From: Bigelowiella natans CCMP2755
Taxonomy: Eukaryota > Protista > Cercozoa
Direction of reading: 5' to 3'
DNA length: 64,000 nucleotides
Assembly (NCBI GenBank): GCA_000320545.1
Contig: ADNK01000874.1
Location: 80,104-144,103 of the forward strand
Below are positions 27,781 through 37,600 of this stretch, in pieces (the stretch's first letter is position 1; each line of letters starts with the position of its first letter). The notes below the pieces were generated by a model that was not told the origin of the DNA, did no database searches, and saw nothing but the letters and a program-made list of their open reading frames with translations. A program made the position numbers and the translations under genes.

Positions 27781-29062
27781 GGCGACAAAAAGATTTCCTT
27801 CCTCCCATCACGACAACTCATGCTGATTGATTGTGGAGCCACAGGCAGATGTGAAACGAACCTCAATTTTCTAGTTTTCCTTGTGGGTTGGGGAGGGCAT
27901 GGATGAGTTAGCAAACTCCGATGATCCTTTCAGGTCACCTCATTGGAAATGATCATTTTTCATTCATTCACTTGTTCATCATCACTCGTTCAGGAGTTCC
28001 AGAGTTGGAAGAAACCCTCAACTTTCCTTCGCGCGCGTGTTCTGATGATTGGGGAGGGCATGGATGAGATTGGCGTGTCCCATTGTCCTTTCAAACCGTT
28101 CCATTGGAATCATTTCATTCATCCAAGCGAGCCTTCAAAATCCACCATTGAAATCACTTCGCTCGTTCGTTCACTCAGTGTTCAATGACGTCGTCTTCTG
28201 CTGCCGGCGTGTTGGACACTTCTTTCTTTCTGTCTTCATTCTGATCAAACCGTGTTCCATCATTGCATCAGAGTCATGAATGACGCATTTCACTCGCTTG
28301 GAGTCAGGAAACACGTGTCGATGAACGATTTCATCCACTTTCTCTGATCCAGATCTGGTGACGATGCCGCCGCTCCAGCGCTGCTTGTGTGTGATGCGGC
28401 ACTCGATCAGTTCTTGTTGGGGACTTGGGGACTCAGAAGCGTCTTGGGCAGTGAGTTCACAATGCAGTTAGCACATCCTGTGATCTTCTTGTCAGCTGTG
28501 CCGTTCAGTTTGAAACACTTTGTCCATTCGTTCAGTTCCGTTGCCTCCATCTGCAGGCTAGCAGGCCACCTGAGACCTGTCTAGCTGTCGTCACGTCTGC
28601 AGCGAGCTAGCGCGAGGGCTCGATCGTGGACAATGGACATAGCAATGTGGCATGTGCATTTTGCATGCATCACGTTGCATGTCTGCATGGCTAGATGGAC
28701 ACAGCGTGCTAGAATGCGGCACATGCATCGTGCACACATCACATCATTGCACAGCATGTCCATCACGTGGCTACCGCCGGCTGACGCGATCGATGTGATG
28801 ATGCGAGCAAACGAACATGCCAGCGTGACGAATTGAACCATTCGTGTTCGCATGCTAGCATGCGTTCCTGCGGCAAACTGAATTTGCATTTTTTGTGCAA
28901 CCAGGTGTTGCTGGAGTGGATGAGTTGCTGCAATGTTGGCACCTCTGATCCCCACACGGGCACTTCAACTTCTCTGGTTCTCCTGACAGATTTTCACTCA
29001 GCTGCGCTGCAACATTGGAGGTGTGTGCACAATGTGCGTGGAGCAAGCTGCTTCATTGTTTC
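27781..29062. other. TpA-depleted island (strongest); TA survives almost only as CTAG/TTAG
   Basis: Manual count: about 11 TA in about 1280 bp, 9 of them CTAG/TTAG. No TA at all from 27911 to 28468. Confidence 0.9.
28175..28443 (-). pseudogene. Exon-like reading frame inside the TpA-free island (probable mutated gene remnant)
   Basis: Preceded by a CTAAC branch-like motif and an AAG acceptor, and followed by a GTGA donor-like site. Open frame ASESPSPQQELIECRITHKQRWSGGIVTRSGSEKVDEIVHRHVFPDSKRVKCVIHDSDAMMEHGLIRMKTERKKCPTRRQQKTTSLNT, with no Tyr. Confidence 0.45.
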
Positions 29063-29426
29063 GTACGGAGTAGTGCAACGTAAGCCTTGCTGAAAAACTT
29101 GGCTATGAGCATGCGCACGTATGTGTAGGTATGTATAATTGTTGCGATCACAGCGACACTCGCATCGACCAATGATCCAATGATCGAGACACGTGCAAAT
29201 CAGGATTACGCGAATAGATTTTTTTTAAAAAGTAGTAATAAATGACATAGTTCGCATTACACATTTGAAAAACAGCTCTATGCAAAATATGAAGACCCCA
29301 TTACCTCAAAGACAGCCCCACCGTGAGAGGAGTAATTAGATTTAAAATTACTTTTAAAGCTTAGCTATAAATCCTGGCGATTCTCGAACTAAATCACTTT
29401 CGGTATCTATGATTACTACATGCAGA

Positions 29427-31366
29427 TCACAACTTAGAAGTAGGTTTTAAATTTCCAACAATATACTCTGAAGCATACTTCTCGACAACGTTTTTGTCAT
29501 GAACCATATTGAATTCTTCTGAAGCATCTTTTCCCGCGAAAGTCATTATTGCCATCTTCCCGCCTGGGTGATCATTCATGAATTCTGTGCAATCCAATAC
29601 TTGGTTATTAACTACCACCCAACAGTCACTCTCGGAGTTGTGTGCAGACACTTCCTTCAACGTATAATCTTTCAACTCTGTCGACTTCTCCTCGGCTGGG
29701 GCAGCAGTAGGGGATCCTGATGGAGCTCCTGTGCTAACGCCATTTCCAGAAATCTGTACCGTAATGCTGGAACCGTCAGCCTGAGGAATTGTAATTGTCA
29801 CGACTGAACCAGCAGCTGCAGGAGTATCCTCTTGCACTGTTTTCACGTACTCAACGACAGATTTGCCGGCCTTTCGGCCAAATACGACACATTCAAGTAA
29901 AGCAGAGCCTCCCAGACGATTACGTCCATGTACGCCACCTGCACATTCTCCAGCAGCATACAGTCCAGCAATGGGCTGTTTGTTATCCGCACGAAGTACA
30001 TTCGCTTTGTTGTCAATGTGAAGTCCTCCCATTGTGTAGTGTACGACTGGTGTCACAACGGCGACATGGAATTCATCGTTCAGAGTCCAGGGGGTTCCAC
30101 GGTAAAAATCAGCTGGCTTTCCCCAAGGGTCACTGTCGTTCTTGAAAAATTGGTTGTATTTGTTGAAAGTGTTTTCCAAAGCAGATGGAGAAATTCCCAT
30201 CTCTTTAGCCAACTCAGTTCCGTGGTTCACTTTCTTCATAACACCACGTCCGCAATAGTGAGCGCAATGCCAAGCAATGTTCTTCGAGCACTTGCTGTTA
30301 AGGACGAGTCGGTATGGACCCTTGTTGTGACTCCACATTTTGCCAGTAACGTAGTCACGGGTTCCAAGATCGTTGCAAAAACGATTACCTTCGCGATCAA
30401 GTAGAATTCCCCCCTCTCCACGGAGAGCCCCTGCTGCGAGGAACAAAGTGCGCTCATTTGGAAGCTTTGGGTTCACCAGACCGGTTGGATGAACCTGGAC
30501 ATCATTAAGGCCAACAGCTCCACCTCCAATATCTTGAGCAATCATGATACCATCTCCTGTGCAGTGTTTGCCGTTGGTTGTAGGCAGCTTCTTATCATAC
30601 AAGTCCTTGCGCACCTTCTGAAGAAGAGATCCAGCTTCAAGGACACCTGCTCCATATCCTCCGGTAGCAATGACTACTGCTGTTCCCGTAACAGTCTTAT
30701 TTCCTCCCTTCGTGGCGTACTGGACCCCAGTAACGCGACCAGATGTCGGGCATGTAAGCAGTTTGTTCACGCGTGCGCGGTTGATGAGATTATATTTCTC
30801 CGGCTGTTGCTTGCACAGATTTTCGTAAGCCTCAATCAAGGCATAGGTGATCTCCATACCAGGAAATTTACCTCCAGATGATGAGCGATGGGTTCTGGGA
30901 AAGGAATGCCCTCCTAGACGGCTGGTGGTATCCAAAGCTAGACCAAAACATTGCTGGATCCAATGAACTGCATCAGCACTTTCGTACGTAAGGACTTTCC
31001 CAAGCTCATACCATGCATTGGCAGGAAGATCTCCCTTTTTGATTCCAGTCGCGGACCGGACAGTATCCTCGTAGAAAATCTGAGGACTATCGGGAACTCC
31101 ATTTTTCTTTTGGCTATTACTTCCAGCTCCATTAATGCCGGATGTAGCTTTTGTGGAGTTTCCACCCAAAAATGCTTCCTTGTCGAGCAGTGTCACATTG
31201 CACCCACCTTGGATGCATGTGTGTGCAGCGGATACTCCTGCAAGACCACCTCCGATGATAATGACCTGCAAAGAAAACAACTCGTCACCTTCCCAAGAAT
31301 CATCAGTTTTTCTCCCTTAAGTTAGTTATCTCATCAAAATCATAGAGGACATACGTGTTTTGGCAT
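29427..31366 (-). CDS. Soluble FAD-dependent fumarate reductase (flavocytochrome c / Osm1-Frd1 type) fused to C-terminal cytochrome b5
   Basis: A 12-nt first exon (MPKH, 31366-31355) splices to 31265. Motifs: FAD-binding VIIIGGGLAG, GGNSTKATSGING, LGGHSFPRTH, ATGGY, QVHPT, VHYTMGG, GLYAAGE, GGVHGRNRLGGSALLECVVFG. The C-terminal b5 has HNSESDCWVVV...HPGG...FNMVH (both heme-ligand His). Confidence 0.95.
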
Positions 31367-32114
31367 GCTGAAGAATATTCAAGTCCTGGGGAGGAGAAGG
31401 TTGAGTTTGAGACGAATACGCGTGTTCTAACACAGAGGGATTGGAAGATTGCGGCAAGCAAGAGCTTTGTGAGACTACACAAAACCTAGCGTGGGTACGG
31501 CACCTTGAAACACCGCTCTTCTTCTTCCTCCACACAACACAACAACGCGGTTACGGCCGTACCCTTATTTAATTCCTCAACTTAAAATTGCGCTCTGGAC
31601 CTTTTTGGGTCATATTTCCAAACTCTCAACGCCAAATCAAACGGTACCCCCCCTTCCACAAGTTTTCGGGATCCGTCACTAGCGGTGATTTCGGTTCTCA
31701 TCCCCGTTAAAATCCGATATTGACAAGGAACTTGGATATTTTTGAAAGTTGCCCTGTCTACCCAGTCACAATAGCGTGAAATGAAGAAGATGCATATCTG
31801 GGCCGAATAATTAATAAAATGTTGGCAGATATCACCGATAGATCTTTAATACGAGTACGACTGTATTATAAAAATAGATCTATCACAGTGACTTTGCCAA
31901 CTGGGCAATGATATTTGCCCAGAAAGAGTAAGGTTCCCGGGGAACTCGTTCTGGCGACATCGCTGTGAACGCGTCCCCAAAGGAAACGCCAATTACACCA
32001 ATTTTGCTGGCGTTTTTTTTTTTACCCAGCTTAATAATAAGACATTTCAGGATTTGAATTATCCACCGATCACATAGAGTCTAGATCTACGAGTCGTAAG
32101 TCTTCTTACGCACG
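31367..32114. promoter_or_regulatory. Divergent (head-to-head) intergenic promoter region between the fumarate reductase and the giant gene
   Basis: About 750-bp microsatellite-free spacer between two outward-facing start codons. No specific motif identified. Confidence 0.45.
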
Positions 32115-32805
32115 ATGGGGGATAGAGAGAAAAAGCATGGCGAAATGTAAGTGGCAGTTCTGCAGACCATTCCTTTGCATTGCTTCCAAAAATAATGCAT
32201 TTAATTTGATTGACGTCTATCCCTTTGTAGGCAAAACCCGCGCTACATGTTTGGGCAGCCAATGTGGAGAAACCGGGCATTCTCTGGCCTCTACGCAGAT
32301 GTAATAGTAACTCTTACAATTCAAAGCGATGCTTACTGACAGTCTAACATTTATCGCAGCCGTATATCGAAGATACAGAACTGGAAGGAGGGTATGTTCG
32401 CACTTCACCGTGCAGGCGCAAATGCTAAACAATTTATCCACTACAGGTATCCTGAGGAATCAATACACGTCGTCGCAAAGATTCTGGATGACATAAAGAC
32501 CAAGCTGAGGCGGGAAGAGCCCGAGTGGTTCAGTAAGATGTCGCAAACAGACCTGAAAGCTATGGAGAAAGCTGCTAAGATCTTTCAAGTGTCAGATGAA
32601 CTGACTAAGGGCTTTCCTCGAAAATTCGGCAGAGAAGTTGTTTCATGGATTGAGAGTTTTTTGGCAAAACTCAAAAAGCTCCGGACTGGAGACATGCTCG
32701 TGGTGAAGTCTACTTTATTGCCAGATTTTATGTTCCTTTTGCTCTGTGATTCTGGACTTTCACTGCAACACATGTGAATTTGTACGCATGAGCACACAAC
32801 AGTAT

Positions 32806-32840
<35 letters not shown>

Positions 32841-34627
32841 CATAAAGGGTATTGTCATCTGTGCACAAAAAAACATATTACGATCTGGGATACACTTTGA
32901 ATCTTTGCAAGCATGCCTTTCAGTGAGCTTTTTCCCAGCAATAAATCTCTTATTATTCACAGGTTACTGGAGGTTGGAGGGCGGAGAAAGGTGGCCACGC
33001 CATCATGTATATTGTGGAACGAACAGGAACATCGAAGGGGCGTTTCACTGTGTGCAATACAGGGCAGGGTAACTATTAGGACGCCTTGAAACTATTTCTG
33101 TTCCGATACTTATGATTTCATTTTTCATTTGAAAATTAGGCCTCGGATATCACCCTTCGTCGGCATCTGATCCACCAAAGATAAAGTTCAAGAATTCTAT
33201 GTTTATAGACGATATTCCATGGGAGCGTCTTGGAGGGCCAGGTAGAAATTCAAAATAGATTCCGGAATCGGCCAATGGGCTAACGTTGAACATTCTCAGC
33301 ATTCTGGATGTTCGCGCTACATCTCCGAACTGGTAAAAAAAACGTGGTAAACTCAACCTGTCCAACCTTATAATTACATGTATATGCTTAGACTTCCACC
33401 CGGATCATAAGGGACAGGATCTGTAAGAAATTTGAATATATTACTGTACCACACCATCTGATCGTCATTGTTACAGATTCTACAAGAATCTCCTTCCATA
33501 TCTGGCATGTGAGCCTCTGGCTGTTAGTTTAAAGAAAACGTTTGACGATCCCATCTGTGACTGGAGATCTCCTCAGAGGTGATCTACATACCTTCAAATT
33601 GAAATATTGAATTTAGGAAACCCACCAATAGTCATGCAGATAACATAGTCAACAAGACCTGTTCCACATGTACTGATATTTTCATTGTTATATCGATGCT
33701 CAGATCGGGAACCTGCTATTTTAAATGCGTGATGGAAGCTGTCCACTATACGCACCGAAGATTGGGAATGTCTTCTGACGGTTCCAAGATAGTATCGTCT
33801 ATGATTCGCTACTGTAAGCAAATGAAAGCCTGAGGAAACCCAAGCAGTACTTGATACTATATTTGGTGCAATCAGGGGTTGCGAAGTGGACACTTTCAGA
33901 TTTAAGGCAAGCTCCTAGCATAAAGGAGAGCGACAGATGTCTGGTAAGGATTGGCGCAGAACAATTAGCTTATTCCGTCTCTAAGTTAAATTCTATGGGA
34001 GATGCTGTTCTGAGGACGGTGAAGAATCTAGCCGAAGATGTTATAGCTACTGTCAACAGCAAAAAGAACCTGGTAGCTTCTACACATTCCAGATCCAAAA
34101 TGATGCTTTCGAATATTACTCCGGATGTTTTTTAAAAAATTGTGATAGGATTCTTTCGTCAGTCTTGCTAGGAAAATATGATATCTGCGGACACATCTGA
34201 TTCACTGATTAATTTCTTCCTCCCCACCCCTTGTATTTTAATCGGTGGTGTTGTCCACGCATGCTTCCATCTATACTCAAGGATGAAGATAGTCTGCACC
34301 CACCGCCGTTGATTTCTTTAGGAAATGGCAAGCATGAATACGAAGATTTCTCTGGATTTGAGAGAATACTACGTGTCACCACCCCAGGCATGGGCCCCAA
34401 AAAACTTCCAAGGGAATTTGTTTCTGTTTTATTCGACAGGCTACCAAAGAAGGTCTGGTTCGCATACTTTCCAGCTTCTTGATGGAAAAGTGTCACCGCC
34501 TATTTTTCAATTGCACATCATCCTCCATCCATGTCGTTCAAAGCGAAGATTTCGATTTTGCAAGCCCATAGTGTTAAGTATAGTGACCATGTTGCTATTT
34601 TCTTTCATCTTTTTCGCATACGAAAAT

Positions 34628-34667
<40 letters not shown>

Positions 34668-37600
34668 ATTGGTGAGTATTGAGAAATTTATGTGGAAGGA
34701 TTAAAAATTGGCGAACATCTTACTTTAGGTGGAGGATTTTGAGAGCATGTTAAATGCGCTCCGAATTTGCAACGAGTTGTGCTTGCAGTTGACGAATCAA
34801 GAGAGTATCAAACATCCTAAAATACTACAAATGGCATTGATTCAACATGTAGTCACAGAATTGGTGCCTATTCCTCAACCCCCCAGCAGTATTGTCGATA
34901 AATCGTTGAAGGGATGTAGTAATAACCCTTTGCGACCCACTCGACGCTGCTTGTGGGATCAACCGATGAAATTGGAAACAAAACGTGAGATTCTATTTCT
35001 GACGCACAAACTAGCCGAGCATTTTGCAACTGCAAGTCTTTCTGTATTGTCTTCAAGCTCACTCGATGGAGCTCGAATAGTCGTTACGACATGTTTATGG
35101 GCATACATGGATGTTATGTTCAGAACTATTCCCTCTGACGAGTCTTCGGTTGTGTTCGACGTTATCCATGACGAGAAAAATAGATACACTTTATCTGTCA
35201 ACGGGATGCAGAATATTCGAAATTTTGAAAGTTATTTGATGTGTATGCCAAGGCTCGCGCTTGCTCAATCAGCAGTACGGGAATACTTTGAGGCAGTCAG
35301 CGAACATGATCGAAAACTTCAGAGGTCACTTAAAGAATCTTTGTAGAAACTGGTTAGTTGATCCAAAGTAATATTCCGTGCATTGTTTACTTTGGGCAGG
35401 CGTCCTATCAAAGGAATTGAAATGGGAATTGAATTGGTGACGCGGATTATGAAGGAGCTGGGTATGGATGTGTCAGATTCCAAGGAAGTCCTACAGCAAT
35501 ATGCAGTGTGCATCAAAGAGGACCCCGAAGATCCAGAAAAACTTAGGCACATACCCGGTACTCTGATGTATGACTATCCTGAATTAAGGATATTGCGAGA
35601 CCTTCCTTTGGTTCTCAAAAGGGCAAACTACCACCCAACGGGGGGCCTGCTACGATTGGAAAGAGATGCAGCGGAGATAGTTCATAAAATTGATAAAGGC
35701 AAAGTTAAGTCATCTATACCAGGCTTGGATCAGATTGGTACTCCGCCTACCCGACGTGGTAGTAAGGCTGACGTCGCTTATTACATCAAGAGAACAGAGG
35801 GGGTTAAGAAGTGCGAAACAGAGGATGATGTTCTTTACACAAGGGATCTTCCCACCTTCGAAAACAAGATCTTTGGGCAAGATTGCGAGTTACTGCTATC
35901 ATATTTGACGGTTCCGTATATGAGGATCCCCTTGGTGTTGGGCTTCTTTTCGACGCCTGAACGTGTACGTGCGCTTCAAGTACCTGAGTTACGAGACCTG
36001 CTTGAATCAGTAGTGTTTGAGCCAGGAAGATGGATCTCTCCTAAAAATTCAGCAAATGTATTATTTTACTACGAATGAGAGAGATGGTCATATGATGCTT
36101 ATACCACCTTTAAACTTGTTTTCAGGTCCCCACAGCTGTCCCAGCAAACCCAATTGAAATAGGAACATCCAACGGATTGCTGCTGAGCGAGCTCTCACGT
36201 TCTCCAAGACATGTGACAGGCTCATTAGTCCGACTCCTCCGTCTTGCCGCTGATGCACGCGACGGAAAATATAACTCAAACGGTGCACTTATTCTATACT
36301 TTGCAACGCGCATGGCTGCAAGGATCGAAGGCTTCATGCAGTACCTAATAAATTTATCTGAGACGTTCAAATTTGGACGAAAGAAAAAAAGGAGTAGGGG
36401 TGTTGTCGCTGCTGTAGCTTCGAATATATGGAGTGAGTGCGAAAAATCATGTCTCCAACTTCTCGGGTACGTTTCTCTCGCATTCACGTGTATTTTTCCA
36501 TCTCATGAAGTACAACATAGTAACTTTTCTGTTTACACAGACTAACACAAATCTACCAATCTTTTAAGTTTCATGAAATTACAAAGCAGCTCACCGACAT
36601 CTTGCTGCATTGCTTCCGATTCATGATTAATATAAGCCCTTCATGTAGGTATTGCATGGATTGTCCAACAGAGGATGCCGACCCAGAAGAACCCATTGAA
36701 GAAGACACACAAGAAGTAAAGGCCCTCAAAGAGGCTAGGGAGGAGTTGCGAGAAGCTTATGAGACTCTTGATATTTACGAAACTCTCTCCAAATGGGCGG
36801 AAAAAGCTATTAGTGCTAAGCAGTGGATAGCAGGAAATCGTTGCCAAGTGCATATCGCACTGCTATATGCTCATATGTCAACGGCCGAGTACGTAGAAAA
36901 TCCTGAACATTTGAAGAGATTTCTTGCCTCATCTTTCTATGTCCTCACACGGCACACATTTGGCGCTCGTTCGGAGGACAACGAAGAAATTGATTTCCCT
37001 GAAAGCGAGTTTTTCTACGTTCTTCAGCAGCAGAGGCTTACCATTCTCAGCTCGTTTCAAAGCATTGCAGGACAGAGTGCTGGTTTGCAGGTACACAAAG
37101 ACTTGAACGAAGTTTTGAACCACGTTCTTGAAACAGTTCTCGAAGTGAGCGGCGAGAACGAAGAGAAATTGGAAGATGAAGAAGAAGAAAAACCACAGAG
37201 ACAACTTGTTGCCGACAGCAAAAAAACTAATGAACCAAGCCGCAGATGGGTACAGGGCCGTAGAAATGCCAGAGCTATTGGTGATGACAGCAAGGGTGAA
37301 TCAGAATCCAGAGGAGATGGGCGATTTTGTGCTGAAACTGTGTCCTCAGATGGCAAAGTGCTTTCACAAACGGAAGTTTTGGATTTGATGTGCTGGCAAC
37401 TTACTGTTGGGGCCGAAAATTTGCGTGCTGTTGACAAAGAGATAGTAGCACATACGGATGGAGATTTTCAGACCGTGTTTGGTAAAGCAACTCTACAATG
37501 TGCGGAGAAGGAAGTTGCTAAATTTTGCACAACTCTCGCCATTATTGGCAGAAAAGAGGGCGAGTAAGTGTAAAATTATTCAAATACATTGTTTACTGTA

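Noticed and set aside
28581-29093. Overlapping His/Cys/Met/Ala-rich ORFs on both strands (also 22769-23143 and 48612-48897)
   Set aside because: TA depletion removes TAA/TAG stops and inflates CAT/TGC/ATG/GCA codons, so these ORFs are expected artefacts.
131-31366. Possible redox gene cluster (PDI, Osm1-like fumarate reductase, thioredoxin domain)
   Set aside because: The genes are tens of kb apart with unrelated genes between them, and there is no evidence of co-regulation.
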